A DNA stretch of 64,000 nt from Geosiphon pyriformis uo1 (GCA_016748015.1 JAAOMT010000602.1:447696-511695); one strand, 5' to 3'. Shown: positions 1-14,683, numbered from the stretch's first letter. A program made the numbers and translations. The notes: generated by a model not told the origin, from the sequence alone.

Positions 1-279
1 AACATGAATTGTTAATAGTAGAGAGTAAATTGAGATGGTAAATAATTATTTATTGATATTTGTAATGTAAAAGATTACTTAGATCAAATCTAAACTGGGA
101 AGTCTGTTTTTTCTTTTTCTAATACTACTGCTATATATATATAATTAATGTTTTACGAGATTGTTTACATTCCCGAGTGATGTGGTATGATTTTTTGAGC
201 TATGTGCTTATATGCTAACTACTACTCTCTTATTGGTTTACTATTTTCTATAACTGTTTTTCTTTTTTTATAAGTAATA
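1..279 (-). repeat. 3' LTR of element A (partial)
   Basis: Homologous to about 27382-27737. Begins TATTAC (from TGTTAC) on the minus strand directly after the purine tract TTAAAAGAAGGAGATAA. Confidence 0.85.
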
Positions 280-292
280 TTATCTCCTTCTT

Positions 293-959
293 TTAATATT
301 GAGCTTCATCAAAATTCTCATTTTGAATTATATTGAATACTTTTTTTTCAAGTAGCATCTGTTCTACCTTACTTTTTATTTCTTCAATTTGTGAGTTGTT
401 CATTCTTTCTCATTGGTTGATGATTATTGTTTTCATATTAGAGTGTAATAATACTTCTGGGTAATTTTGAAATATAGTGTGTAGTTAATAAATAGTCCTG
501 ATATGTAATGTCAAGTTTGTTTTCTTTCCAATAATGTCTTTAATGTTTCTGATTATCTTTTGATTGAAGATTCTCTTGAATTTGTCAAGATATAACTTCT
601 GAATATCTACTTTTCATCCCAATTAATAGTAGCAGTATGGTATTAGAAGCTGGTCTATCCATTGGTTCCAATTTTTTTTTGCCAGTTCTTCTATTGAAAC
701 CATGGTAGTTATTTTTTCAAAAATGTTCTTTACTTTCTCTACTATTTTATCTGACCAGTTTATTAATTGTTTTTGTAGTCACTGGTATGGTGTATTTTTC
801 CTTTTTTGTTTGGTGTTTTGATAACAGATTGTTTGGTTATTGATGATAATTTCCATGTTTACTTGCTGTTGACTTAAAGCCTAAAACAATTGTTGAGCTA
901 ATATGTGAATATAGTCTGGTATTTCCATTTTTTTTTGTTGCTTTTATTGCATATACTGT
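293..959 (-). pseudogene. ORF3 of element A (unknown function, env position)
   Basis: Degenerate frame ending ...NSQIEEIK...NFDEAQY* just before the PPT; homologous to ORF3 of the other copies. Confidence 0.6.
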
Positions 960-974
960 GTCTTTATATACTCT

Positions 975-2366
975 TTTGGTTGTTCAATTTTGATGTGTTT
1001 GGTTCAATAACTACAATTGGTTCCAGATATTATAGAATTTTATCTGATTGAACTAGTATTCTCTGTGCTCCTAGTTGTGGAATATTATTGGTGGATGTTG
1101 ATGCTATGTTTTGATAGAGTTTTAGTCAATCTCCATGTGCTGCTTTGGTTAAGATTTTGTTGTTTAACCTTAATTTATAAGCTTCATTTCCTAGAATTTT
1201 TTCTATGTGAAATAGTTCATCCTATTTGGAGTCAAATTTTCCACTTCATTGTTTTTTTACTTTAATATGATATAGAAGTACTTTGTCTTCAATCTTGAAT
1301 TTGACTGGTTTCTTTGGTAGTTGGTTATTATGTCTTTTTTTTGTTTTTTTTGTGACTTTTGGATATTATCAGCTGTTTTTTGCTGTTTGTTTTCTAATGT
1401 CTCTATTAAGTCATATGTTCTTCTTCACAATGTTTTTTAAAAATTCTCTTCTGTTATTGGTTCTGTTGAATATGTTTTGATTTCTATCTTAACTGGTAAT
1501 GTTGTTGTTCTACTGTATATTAATTCAAATGGTGTTGCTTGTATAATGTCTTGTTTTATTATTCAATAAGCAAATAATACTGATGGTATGAACAAATCTC
1601 ATTTATTCTGGTTTTTTTGACTGATCTTGGCTATTGTTTCACACAGTGTTCTGTTGAATTTTTCAACTAACCCATTTGTTTGTAGATAGTATGGTGATGA
1701 TAATAGTCTTTTTATTCCAAATCTTTGACTTAATTCTGCCAATGTTCTATTTACAAAGTGAGTTTTTTGATTTGATAGTAATTCTTTTGGATATTCATAT
1801 CAACAAATCAAATCTTGATGAACAAATTTGGCAACAGATTCTGTATTTGCTCTTTGAATGGCTTTTGCTTCTGACCATTTTATAAGATAGTCTATGGTTA
1901 TTGCAATATATTTGTTGTCTCTATTGGTTATGGTTAATGGTCTGACTAAGTCAATTCCAATGTAATCAAATGGTTGTTCCATTTTGATTGGTCTCAATAG
2001 CTCATTGGGTCTTGTTTCTCCTCTTTTCTGATAAACATCACAATTTTGAACATATTGAATAATGTTTGGATATATAAATAGCCAATAGTATCTTTTTCTG
2101 GTTTTTTCTATGGTTGCTTCTTTATGAAAATGTCCTGCTGTTGAATCTGAGTACATGTTGAATAATATTGTTTCTTTTTTTGGTTCTGTAATTACCCTAG
2201 TTAGTTGATCTGGGTTTTTTTTGTTCTTTTAATAAAGTATATTTTGATGGTTGATAAAATATTTTGATTGCTGTTTTATGTTATTTTGTTCTTTTTGAGA
2301 TAATTTCTCCTTGAAAAATTGGATATTTATATAATATTAGAGTTGTTAGTATTTTTGTATGTTCAT
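975..2366 (-). pseudogene. Integrase ORF of element A
   Basis: ATG at 2366; HHCC remnant (YSDSTAGHF...CDVYQ) and IGIDLV in ORF 1800-2156; many stops. Confidence 0.85.
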
Positions 2367-2398
2367 CTTTTGTTATATTTTTTTGGATTGAAATGTTT

Positions 2399-3497
2399 TT
2401 AGATTTGTCTTATTTGCAACAATTTGTCAGCATTTCCATTTTTTTTTCCTTTTTTATAATGTACTGTATAATTAAATGGCAAAAGTTTTATTTTCTATCT
2501 GGTATAATAATTGTTTCTAAATTTTTGCTTCTGAATTAAAGTCAATTCTTTATGATCAGTGTACACATCAAACTTTTGACTCAAGTATTTTTTTTATTTG
2601 ATAACAGCCCAATAGAGCTAAGTGTTCTAGTGCTGAAGTTCCATAGTTCTTTTCAGCTGAACTAAATGTTTCTACTGGCATAAACTACTGGATGTTCTCA
2701 TTTATTCAGTCTTTTATAAAATAATACTGCTTCCAATGCTTGACCCAACATGTCTGTTGTGATTATGAATAATTTACTATGATCTGGATAGATTAATACT
2801 GGAGCTTGAATAAGCTTTCTTCTTAATGTATCAAAAGCTTCTTGCTAAGTTTCTGTCTATTTATATTTCGTGTTTTTTGTTTGTAGTTGATATAGTGGTT
2901 GAGCTATTTTAGAAAAATCTTTAATAAAGTGGTGGTAGTATCCAGCAAATCCCAAGAATGCTCTTAAATCTGTAAGATTATTTGGTACTGAAAAGTTCTT
3001 AACAATCTTAATCTTATCTGGATCCATTTTGATACTATTTTTGCTTACCACATGTTCCAAAAACTTGAGTTCTGTTTTGTCAAAGAAGTATTTGTTTGTA
3101 TTTAATTTCAATTTTGCTTGTCTGAGTCTTTTGAACACTTGTTAGAGATGATACAGATAATCATCGTATGTTTTTGAGAACACATTGGTGTCATCTAAGT
3201 ATACAACTACTAATTTCCATAGTAGTCTAGTATAGACAATTTCTATGAGTCATTGAAATGTGATTGGAGCATTCATCAAGCCAAATAGCATAATCTCAAA
3301 TTCAAAATTTTTTTCTCAAAACATAAAAGCTGTTTTCTCTTTATCTTTTGGTTTCATAACTACTTGCTTGTAACCATTGTCTAAGTCTAAAGTTAAGAAC
3401 CATTTTTTTCCTCCAAAAACATCAAACAGTTTTTGGATCTTTGATATCAGATAACTATTTCCTTTTGTCACTCTATTCAGTTTTTGGTAATTCACAT
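2399..3497 (-). pseudogene. RT/RNase H of element A (3' part of gag-pol)
   Basis: TLDLDNGY, DKEKTAF, VVYLDD and LRAFLGFAGYY motifs; TAA at 2399-2401. Confidence 0.88.
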
Positions 3498-4383
3498 TGT
3501 TACAGGTGATTCTTTGGGGTGTCAAGTGAATAACAAACCTGTAACTTGGTGCTCAAAGTGATTGGTGATGATGATAATCTGAAGGTATTTTATCTGAAGA
3601 TTTTCCAATTGAGTTCTTTGTATAATAGACAGAGATTTACTAATAACAGTTTATCAGTAGTTTCCTAAAACCGTAGTTTTGTCAATTGCTTGCTCAGCTT
3701 GATGGTTAATAATTCTTCTGATATGATATCCTTCATAAGTGTATACTAGTGCTGTTTTCTGACATTAGTTTCTCCATAAGTTCTCCAAGAGTAAGTATTG
3801 TTTAAGCAAGTTTATTCCTCCATAAGTCCTCCAAGAGTAAGTATTGTTTAAGTAAGTTTTATTCCTCCATAAGTTCTCCAAGAGTAAATTCTTTAATCAA
3901 GTTAGTAGACAACAAAGAAAATAAAGAAAAGATAAAAGAGAAAATAAAAAATAAGCCAAGACAATTTGCAAGTTAGTATCCCATCAATAGCCATGATCAA
4001 GAGCTATTGTTCCAGTATAGTTAAGTATCAGTTACTATCAACATGAAGTGTTGATAGTGAAGAATGAATTTGATATAGTAAATAATTATTTATTTGAGGA
4101 TTGTGGTAACTAAGCTAAGGATTTTTGGTGTCAATTCTCTCTTTTTCTGCTTTTAACACTACTGTTATATACATATTTGAGATTCCTCAATTCTTCAATT
4201 CCTTGTGACAGGAATCCTGGAATTCTGGAATTCTGCGATTCCTCATCAAAGAATTCTGAAATTCCTGGAATCCTGCAATTTCTCTGAGAAGAATCCTGGA
4301 ATTTCATATTTACTACGTCTACTTCTGATTGGCTAATATCTACTTGCTAATAATAATATACTTCCTATATTTTATGAGTAATA
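3498..4383 (-). repeat. 3' LTR of element B
   Basis: TGTTACA...GTAATA termini; PPT at 4384-4400; internal ~43-bp tandem repeats (about 3770-3890) and a GGAAT(T/C)C array (about 4190-4305). Confidence 0.92.
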
Positions 4384-4396
4384 TTATTCCCTTCTT

Positions 4397-5041
4397 TTAA
4401 TATTGAGCTCCATTGAAATCTAACTCTTTTAATTTCCCCTCTTAAATTATTTCTTGAACTTCTTTTTTGAGTATTACTTGTGTTATTTGAGTTTGTAGTT
4501 CTTCAAATTAGGCGTTGGTCATTTTTCCCAATTGATTACTCGTAATTGTATCTATTGCTGTGTTGAGTAAGATTTCTGGTCAGTCTTGAAATCTCATATA
4601 TAGCCAGTAAATGGCTCGAGCTTGTGTGATTACAAATTGTTTTAGTTGTTTCAGTATTGTTGTGTCGAATAACTATTTTGTTTTGTCGGTGTACAAATTC
4701 TGGATATTTATGTGTTGTCGCAAGTGAAAATGACAATAGTTTTTTGGAAATTGTTGCATCCACCAAGTCCAAGTTTCTCTGGTAAGTTCTTGGTATAATC
4801 TGACTATTCGTTGTTCTTTCATGGCCAATTTTACCTTGGTCATGATCTTGTTAACAACATTTTCGAGTTTTCTTTGTTCTTTGTGTTGTGGTATCCTTGC
4901 AGTACTTTTGTATCAAATGGTTTGTTGATTGATTGTAATTTCTATCTTCTGGTGTTGGATTAATTGAAAGATTTGTTGTGCTAATAAATGAATGTTGTTA
5001 ATAATTTCCATTTTTCTGCGTTTTTTTGTCGTGTCAACCAT
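4397..5041 (-). pseudogene. ORF3 of element B
   Basis: ATG at 5041 (MVDTTKKRRKMEII...); includes ORF 4536-4772; ends SIGKMTNA.FEELQTQI...DFNGAQY* at the PPT. Confidence 0.65.
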
Positions 5042-5065
5042 GCCTTTATATATTCTTTCTGTCAA

Positions 5066-6445
5066 TCAATTGGATGTGTTGTTATCAATGATGATGATTG
5101 GTTCCAGATCTCATAGAATCTCATCTGGTTGGACTAGTATTCTCTGTACTCCCAGTTGTAGAATATTACTAGTGGATGATGCTATATAGTGATATGGTTT
5201 CAGTCAATCTCCATGTGCTGCTTTGGTCAAGATTTTGTTATTCAATCTTAATTTGTAAGCTCCATTTCCTAGAATTTCTTTTATGTAAAATGGTCTGTCC
5301 CATTTGGAATCAAATTTTCCACTTCATTGTTTTTCCGCTTTGGTATAATGTTATAGTACTTTGTCTCCAATCTTGAGTTCAACTGGTTTATTTGGTAGTT
5401 GGTTATCATGTCTTTCTTTTTGTTTCTCTTGTAACTTTTGTATGTTATCAGCTGCTCTCCATTATTTGTTTTCTAATGTTTCTGTTAAGTCATATGTTCT
5501 TCTCAACAATGTGTTTTTGAAATTTTCTTCTGTTATTGGTTCGGTTGGATATGTGCTGACTTTTATTTCCACTGGTAGTGTTGCTGTTCTACTATATACT
5601 AATTTAAATAGTGTTGCTTGTGTAGTATCTTGCTTCATTGTCCAATAAGCAAATAGTACTGATGGTATTAACAAATCCCAATCATTCTGGTTTTCTTGGC
5701 TGAGCTTAGCTATTGTTTCACACAATGTTCTGTTGAATCTTTTGAATAATCTGTTGGTTTGTAGATGGTATGATAATGATAATGGTCTCTTAATTCCGAA
5801 TCTTTGGCTCAATTTTGTTAATGTTCTGTTCACAAAATGCATTCTTTGGTCTGATAATAATTCTTTTGGACATCCATGTCAACAAATCAAATCCTAACAA
5901 ATGAATTTGGCAATGGATTCTGCATCTGCTCTTTGAATTGCTTTTGCCTTTGGCCATTTAGTAAGATAGTCTATGACTACTGCTATGTATCTGTTTCCTC
6001 TGCTGGTGATTATTAATGGTCCGACTAAATTAATTCCAATACGGTCAAATGGTTGTCTCACTTTAATTGGTCTTAATGGTTCACTGGGTCTTGTTCCTCT
6101 TCTTTGCTGACAAACATCACAATTTTGAATATATTGGATGATGTCTGGATACATTGATAGCCAATAGTATCTTTTTCTGGTTTTTTCCATGGTTGCTTCT
6201 TTGTAAAAATGTTCTGCTATTGGATTTGAGTGCATATTGAATAATATTGTTTTTTTTTCTGGCTTTGTAATTACTCTGGTTGGTTGATCTAGATCTCTTC
6301 TATTTTTCTGATAAAATATATTTTGGTGAGTGATAAAATATTTTGATTGTTGTTTGATACTCTTTTGTTCCATTTGAGATAAATTTTCCTTGAACTGTTG
6401 AGTGTTTATATAATGTTGAAGTTGTTGATATTTTTGTATGTTCAT
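5066..6445 (-). pseudogene. Integrase ORF of element B (separate ORF)
   Basis: ORF 5894-6445 starts MNIQKYQQL; HHCC (MHSNPIAEHF...CDVCQ), DDE core and a GPY/F-like module; no chromodomain. Confidence 0.9.
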
Positions 6446-6507
6446 CTTTTGTTATATTTTTCGTTGGTATTGTTCTGGTTTTGTTATATTTTTGGGTTGA
6501 AATGTTC

Positions 6508-9500
6508 TTAGATTTGTCTTATTTGTGACAAACCATCAGCATTTCCATTGTTTTTTTCTTTCTTATAGTGTATAGTATAAGTATATTGTGAGAGTGTCAT
6601 TTTCCATCTGAATTGGCGGCCATCATCAAATTCTTGCTTTTGAAGTGATGTTAACTCTTTATAATCCATGTATATATCAAACTTTTGGCTCAAGTATTTA
6701 TTCCACTTCATGACTGCCCAATAGATTGCTAAATGTTCTAGTTCTGGTGTTCCATAGTTCTTTTTGGCTGGTATTAGACCTTAGCTGGCATATGCTACTA
6801 AATGTTCTCTGCTGTCTGGTCCCTTCTGAGATAGTACTGTTCCCAATGCTTGGCCTGATACATTAGTAATAATGATAAATGGTTTGTTGTGATCTGAATA
6901 GATCAGTACTAGAACTTGAATAAGCTTTCTTTTCAGAATATCAAAAGCTTCTTGTTAATTTTTTGTCCATTTATATTTTGTATTCTTGGTTTGCAGATTA
7001 TTAAGTGGTTGAGCTATCTTTGAAAAGTTCTTTATAAAGTGTCAATAATAGCTTGCAAATCCCAAAAATGATTTCAATTCAGTCACATTGGTTGGTACTA
7101 GAAAGTTTTTTATTATCTCTATTTTCTCTGGATTCATTTTAATGCCGTCTTTGCTGACTATGTGCCCTAAGAATTTTAGTTCTGTCTTGCCAAAGAAGCA
7201 CTTTGTTGTATTTAACTTTAGTCCTGCTCTTCTTAGCTTTTTGAACACTTGTAGAAGATGATGAAGATGATCATCAAATGTTTTTGAGAATACATTGGTA
7301 TCATCCAAGTATACAACTACTGATTTCCACAATAAGCCAGTATAAACAATTTCTATTAGCCATTAGAAAGTGGCTGGGGCATTGGTTAAGCTGAAGAGCA
7401 TTACTTCAAATTCGAAATTCCCTTCTCTAGTGGTGAATGCCGTCTTCTCTTTGTTAGCTGAATTCATGGCTACTTGCCAGTAACTACTGTCTAAGTCTAA
7501 TGTTCAAAACTATTTGTTTCCACTGAAAGAGTCGAGCAATTTTTATATTCTTGGGATTGGATAGCTGTCTCCATGAGTTACACTATTGAGTTTCCTGTTG
7601 TTCACACAAAATTGGATTTTTCCATTCTTCTTCCAGACGAGTACCACTGATAATGACCATGGGCTCATTGATAATTGAATTAGCCTATTGTTAAGCATTC
7701 AGTTTATCTCTTAACAAATGATCTCATGGCTAACTGGTGGTACTTTGTATGCTCTTTGTTTAATTGGCATTGCATTTTTAGTCTTAATCTGATGCTGGAT
7801 GATATCAGTTTGGCCAAACTTGTTTTCGCTGGTAAAAATGTCATTGAAATTATTGAACAACATCTTGAGCTGCATACATTGGAGTGAATCTAAGTTTCTC
7901 ATGTTTATTTGTTCCAATTGCTCTGGTTGGAGCAAATAACATTTGCTTTGTCTGTATATTGTTTGTGATGTGATATCAACATATCCACAAAGCTGTGGAA
8001 AGTCCGGAATAATACTTGGTGGTTGATCCTCTATTTTAGTGCTTTAGTATCCAATGGTGGTTCCGGTTGGTATTACTATAATATTTCCTGTGTTATTATA
8101 AATGGGAATTTTGATGTGGCTGTAATTTTTGGCTGGTATATGGAGATTGATAAGCCCAATCTCTCCTGATTCACAAAGGATTGGTTCTGCTTCAAAAATC
8201 TGATTCTGTTCTTTTACTTCCCGCTTTATCCCTACCATGTACTGGTCATATAGTGGAATAGAAATTGCTTGACCCATTGAGATAATTTCTCCTTGGTCAA
8301 CAATTTCTTCCTCTGTCATATTAACTGGTATATCTATTCTACTCATAGATCCAAAATCTTGTATCTCTCTTGCTGTTATCCTTAATTCCTCTCTATTTTC
8401 CACTAATACTAACTGCGCTATTTTTACCAGAGGCAGGAATATTGCCTGTGCTATCTTTTCATTTGGCTCTATAATATAGGCTTTTTCAGAGTCATTTTGT
8501 AGTATAGCAATAATATTTCCTACATATCCTGTGTCAATTATCCTTTCTCTTATATTAATCCCTCTTTTTGCTAAATTACTCTTAGATGCTAGTTGAACCA
8601 TTGTTGTTGCTGGGATTTCTAATGCTACTTTCAGATCAATGCAAGTGCATAAATGTGGTTTCAATTTGATGGCATCTTTTTCTGGATACCTCAGATCAAA
8701 CTCAGTATCAGTATTATGTGTGCGTTTTGGCATAATACCTTCATTATTGTCACTATACCATTTTAATTTCTGTTCTTTGGAGAGGTCTGGCAGTGCAATG
8801 TATTGTTCATATTTTGGGTCAGAGTTTGAATTTGAGTTGGAATTGTCATTGTTGTTATCACCAATTTGAACAGAGCTAGAACCAGTATTTTTATTATTAT
8901 TATTGTCAGAGTTTAAATCAGGATTGAATGGTAATTCCAATTTGGATGTGCAGCTACTGATTGGTTTGATTTCCTCTGGGATTGTGTAGATCATGCATGG
9001 TAGTGGATTGTAAATGAGGTCACACTCATTACAATATTGGAAGTCACAGGGAATCAAACAGTGGTCACATAATCAGGTGTTTAGTTGTTCTAAATGCTGC
9101 TCCTGCTCTTCTCTTGTAGGTGCCAAATTTTGGTAGTATTTATAGAAGTCTTTTGGACCTGTTTCTTTGTCCATGAAAGTGTCTGGATTAGGAATACGAA
9201 TAATATTGACCAGTTCTGGGGGATTGTTCTTAATTTCCAGTATTTCATTGGGTGTAGCACCTTCTACTTTGGCATTGGCCATTTACCAGATCTCCTCTTC
9301 ATCATGGGAGTAACCGTCTAAACAATCAAGTGCTCGGTGCTATGCTGTTGTAATCAGGGTATCACAATTCACCCAGTCACTAATGAGGATCATGTATTGG
9401 CACGAAGCATCACACATTCCTTCTCAACCAGGAATGTCATTCCATATTCTTTCGTTGAGCAGTTGTTCGCTGCAAGTGAGACATGGTTCATTGTCCCACT

Positions 9501-11685
9501 TGTCCTGTTTTTTTGGGTAGCCATAGCATTCTCTATGACATGGCTTACAATAGTAATGAGTTCGCATCCAGTGGTCTTCGTCTGGCATGATCCATGCTCT
9601 TATGGAAGAAAGTTTCTTTTCACAGTCTTTGCATTTGAGTGGAATATATGGCAGTTGTGGTAGTGGCTTATAGACTGAATATGAACTGGTCCAGCCACTG
9701 GTTATTTCGCTGGTGCTGGTGGTCTCTTCTAGTGTGGTTTCTTTCCCTTTTCCCTTTCCGTTATCTTCTTTTTCCCATTTCCAATTGGTTGGTTTGTTGT
9801 AGTCATTTTTTGTTTCCTAAGCTTGGTCAGAGATCTAGGTAAGTTCTGTTTCTTTTTGCTTTCCTTTGACATTGCCATTCCAAGAAGGTACTGGTGGCAA
9901 CTCATTATGATCTTGGTTGGCCCATAAGACTTGGTAGGCTTTCCAAGTAGGTTTCCTTGTTTCTTCCTTGAACTCAATAAGTGGTTGGGTGTTGCTTGGC
10001 TTAAAGTGGCCACAAGTGACTGGTGTTCAAGTATGCTGATCACCAAAAGTTAATTGTAGTTTTTGGGTGGTCCAATTGAGGGTAGTGTGGGTTTTCAACA
10101 ACTAATTATTGCTCATGAGAGCCTGATATTATGTGGCTTCTATTACCAAGACTTTGATGGGTATGATAATGCCATTGATTTCGAATAGGAAATCGTCAAT
10201 TTCGCCAATTGGAGTTTTGGTCATTTTATCAGCAGTGATTATACAAGCACTAGCAGCACAATCAACTCAGTGACCTAATTGGTTCATGAGTTGTTATGTA
10301 ATAATACTGCTTGCTGAACCACTGTTTAGAATTAATTTGATAAAGTGGCCATCTACTTTGGCATCAGTATACATTGCTGTAATGAGTTTTTCTTCAAGGG
10401 CAGCTTCATTGAATAATGGGACTGGAGTGGTTTCCTCGAACTCAAATGAGAAGATGGCTACTAATGTTTTGTTTTTGGTAACCATTGCTGGTAAGTTTTT
10501 GAATTGAGTTGGTTTCTGGGTTGCTGAGTGTGGCGTCTTCTGGGATAACCAGGAGACTTAAATAGTTCTGGGAATTTGGGTTTTAGGTGGCACCAGTACC
10601 TGAATTCCGAGAATGCGATTCTGATGATGAGTTGGAAGAACTGGGGATCAGTTGGTGGACAACCATTGCCAATCTCCAGTTTTGTTGTGTTATTTTCAGT
10701 CTTTGGGTTCCATGTTAAGGTAAGTTTTGGGGTGGTGTTTGAATGGTTTAAGGTTGATAGATTACTTGTGGCTGCGGTTGATATATTACAGATGGCCACA
10801 GTTAATATATTGCTGGTGGCTGTGGTTGATAAACTGGGGTCTAATATACTGGTGCTTGATAAATTAGCTGCTGTGTCATTAACAGGTAAGTGTTTTGATT
10901 TTGCTCTTGATTTTGATATTGATTTAGGGTTTGGAATCAGTGATCGGAATTTCAATGTTGATTTCCCGATCATTGGTTATAAGCATTGCAGTTGGCTCTT
11001 ATATGGCCTTATTTACCATAGTTGTGACAGATACACATCTCTGGCTGCCACAGCTGATTGGCTAATGTTGAGAGACACACTTGATTTTGGGAACAATTGT
11101 AGTTTCCTTGATTACTGCATCTTTGGAGAGATTGATAGATGAACTGATGGTTGTTAGCTAAGTATCTCTCAATTTTCTGATTGATAGTATCACTGATTTG
11201 CTTCAATTTGGAATTCAAATCAGATAATCTATTCATTACTAAATTTACAGCTTGAGCATGGTTGGCTTCTAGCTTAGCTGATTCGAAATCTCTGGCGTGT
11301 GTAACTGTGGCTTGAAGGTTGACTGGGTGTAATGAGCATACGTGTTGCAAAATGCTACTGTGCAGGCTACAAATAAACTGGTTGAAAATCTGGAGTTCTG
11401 TAAAATACATGGTATTAATGGCTTGAATTTGGCATAGGACTCTATGAAAGTATCCTAGGTATGTTGTGACTGCTTCAGTATTATTCTGTTTGATTGTGGT
11501 AAAAGTATTGGTTAGACGATTAATACTATTATTGTTGCTAAAATATCTTAGAAAGACAGTTTTGAATTGTTGGAATGTTTGTGATCTGGTGGCTAAACTC
11601 TGGTACCAAGAATTGGCAATTTCTTTGAAAAAGTATGGGATCGCCTATAGGGCTCTGGTGTTGTCCCAATTGTTTACTATGATGG
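6508..11685 (-). pseudogene. gag (3' part)-PR-Cys-rich domain-dUTPase-RT-RNase H of element B
   Basis: LILNSGSAS protease; dUTPase motifs in ORF 8044-9057 (TEFDL, IIDTGYVG, KIAQAIF, FGSMS); VVYLDD; NADGLSQIRQI*. Confidence 0.9.
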
Positions 11686-12604
11686 TGTTACAGATGATTT
11701 TTTGGGGTGTTGAGTGAATAACCAACTCATAACTTGGTGCTCAAAGCAATTGGTGATAATAATAATCTGAAGATATTTTATCTGAAGATTTTTCCAATTG
11801 AGTTCTTTGTATAATGGACAGAAATTTACTAGTAACAGTTTATCAGTAGTTTCCTGGCACCATAGTTTCGCTGATTGCTTGCTCAGCTTGATGGTTGATG
11901 ATTCTCTTAGTACGATATTCTCTGTAAGTGTATATCTGTGTGGTTTCCTGACATCAGTTTTTCCATAAGTTCTCCAAGAGTAAGTGTTGTTTAAGCAAGT
12001 TTATTTCTCTGTAAGTTTTTTAAGAGTAAGTATTTTTTAGTAAGCTTTATTCCTCCGTAAGTCCTCTAAGAGTAAATTTTTTAATCAAGTTAGTAGACAA
12101 CAAAGAAAATAAAGAAAAATAAGAAATAAGCCAAGATGATTTGCAAGTTAATATCCCATCAATAGCCGTGATTAAGAGTTATTGTTTCAGTATAGTTAAG
12201 TATCAATTACCATTAACATGAAGTGTTGATAATAAAGAATGAATTTGATATAGTGAATAATTATTTATTTGAGGATTGTGGTAACTAAGCTAAGAATTCT
12301 TGGTGTTGATTCCCTTTTTTGCTTCTAATGCTACTGCTATATATACATATTTGAGATTCCTCAATTTCTTAATTCCTTGCAACAAGAATCCTGGAATTCC
12401 TGGAATTCTGCAATTTCTGATGAAAGAAATTCTGGGATTCTAGAATTCTGTAATTCCTTGTCAGAGAATTCTGAAATTTCTGGAATCCTGCAATTCCTCT
12501 GAAAGGAATCTTGGAATTCCACATTTACTATGTCTACATCTCATTGGTTACTATCTACTGACTAATAATAATAATACTATATTTTCTATATTCTATGAGT
12601 AATA
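11686..12604 (-). repeat. 3' LTR of element C
   Basis: Same family as 3498-4383; PPT at 12605-12621; interrupts B gag at the IVNNWDN motif. Confidence 0.92.
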
Positions 12605-12617
12605 TTATTCCCTCCTT

Positions 12618-13277
12618 TTAATATTAAGCTCCGTCAAAATCTAACTCCTTTAATTCCCCTTCTTGAATTATTTTCTGAACTTCTTTTTCAAGTATTACTT
12701 ATGTTATTTTAGTTTGTAGTTCTTCAAATTGGGCATTGGTCATTTTTCCTAATTGATTACTTGTAATTGTATCTATTGCTGTGTTGAGTAAGATTTCTGG
12801 TCAGTCTTGAAATTCCATATATAGCCAGTAAATGGCTCGAGCTTGTGTGGTTAGATTGTTTTTTCCCACAAATTGTTCTAGTTGTCTTAATATTGTTGTG
12901 TCAAATAACTGTTTTGTTTTGTCGATGTATAAATTCTAGATATTTACATGTTGTCCCAAGTGGAAATAACAATAGTTTTTCAGAAATTGTTGTGTTCACC
13001 AAGTCTATGTTTCTCTAATAAGTTCTTGGTGTAATCCGACTATTTATTGTTCTGTTATGGCCAATTTTATCTTGGTCATGATCTTGTCAACAACATTTTC
13101 AAGTCTTTTCTGTGCTTTGTTTTGTGGTATCTTTGCCGTATTTTTGTAATGAATGATTTGTTGATTGATTGTAATTTCCATCTCCTGGTGTTAGATTAAT
13201 TGAAAAATTTATTGGACTAGTAAATGGATATTGTCTGTAATTTCCAAAATTCTGATCTCTTCTGTTATGTCGACCAT
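12618..13277 (-). pseudogene. ORF3 of element C
   Basis: Colinear with B ORF3 (ATG at 13277; ...DFDGA.Y*). Confidence 0.65.
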
Positions 13278-13300
13278 GTTCTTATATATTCTTTTGTCGA

Positions 13301-14683
13301 TCAATTGGATGTGTTGTTGTCAAGAATAATGATTGGTTCCAAATCTCGTGGAATTTCATCTGGTTGGACTAGTATTCTCTGTACTCCTAATTGTGGAATA
13401 TTACTGGTAGATGCTGATGCTATATGATGATATGATTTCAGTCAATTTCCATGTGCTGCTTTGGTCAAGATTTTGTTATTCAATCTTAATTTGTAAGCTT
13501 TATTTCCTAGAATTTTTTCTATGTGAAATGGTCTGTCCCATTTGGGGTTAAATTTTCCACTCCATTGTTTTTCTATTTTGGTACAATGTAGTAGTACTTT
13601 GTCTCCAATCCTGAATTCAACTGGTTTATCTGGTAGTTGGTTATCATGTCTTTCTTTTTGTTTCTTTTGTGATCTTTGTATGTTATCAGCTGCTCTTTGT
13701 TGTTTGTTTTCTAATGTTTCCATTAAGTCATATGTTTTTTTCAACAATGTGTTTTTGAAATTTTCTTCTGTTATTGGTCCGGTTGGGTATGTGCTGACTT
13801 TTATTTCCACTGGTAGTGTTGCTGTTCTACTATATACTAATTCAAATAGTGTTGCTTGTGTAGTATCTTGCTTCATTGTTTGATAAGCAAATAGTACTGA
13901 TAATATTAACAAATCTCAATCATTCTGGTTTTCTTGGCTAAGTTTAGCTATTGCTTCACATAATGTTCTGTTGAATCTTTTGACTAATCCGTTGGTTTGT
14001 GGATGGTATAGTGATGATAGTGGTCTTTTAATTCCGAATCTTTGGCTCAATTCTGTTAATGTTTTGTTCACAAAATGAGTTCTTTGGTCTGATAATAATT
14101 TCTTTGAACATCCATGTCAACAAATTAAATCTTGATGAACAAATTTGGCAATGGATTCTGCATCCACTCTTTGAATTGCTTTTGCCTCTGGCCATTTAAT
14201 GAGATAGTCCATGGCTACTGCTATGTACCTGTTTCCTCTGCTGGTAATTGTTAATGGTCTGACTAAATCAATTCCAATATGATCGAATGGTTGTCCTACT
14301 TTGATTGGTCTTAATGGTTTACTGGGTTTTGTACCTCCTCTTCGCTGACAAGCATCATAATTTTAAACATATTGAATGATGTTTGGATACATTGATGGCC
14401 AATAATATCTTTTTCTGGTTCTTTCTATGGTTGCTTCTTTGTGAAAGTGTCCTGCTGTTAGATTTGAGTGCATGTTGAATAATATTGTCTCTTTTTCTGG
14501 CTCTGTAATTACTCTGGTTGGTTGTTTTAGATCTCTTCTATTTTTCTGATAAAGTATATTTTGGTGAGTAATAAAATATTTTAATTGTTGTTTGATATTT
14601 TTTTGTTCTGTTTGAGATAAATTCTCCTTAAACTGTTGAGTGTTTATATAATGTTACAGTTGTTAATATTTTTGTATGTTTAT
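13301..14683 (-). pseudogene. Integrase ORF of element C
   Basis: Start position ATA (ATG in A, B, D) at 14683; ORF 13442-13912 has WSGKFNPKWDRPF and AYKL. Confidence 0.88.

Noticed and set aside
3770-4305. LTR repeats as a CRISPR array or canonical heat-shock elements
   Set aside because: There are no unique spacers and the context is a eukaryotic LTR; GAA/TTC spacing mostly does not fit nGAAnnTTCn.
4397-5041. ORF3 as an envelope gene
   Set aside because: It is short, with no signal peptide, furin/fusion motif or transmembrane segment visible.
6446-6540. An intron (GTTTGT...AAAG|ATG) rejoining RNase H and integrase
   Set aside because: The join would be out of frame and would cut the ADGLSR motif, and F has no AG in its spacer.
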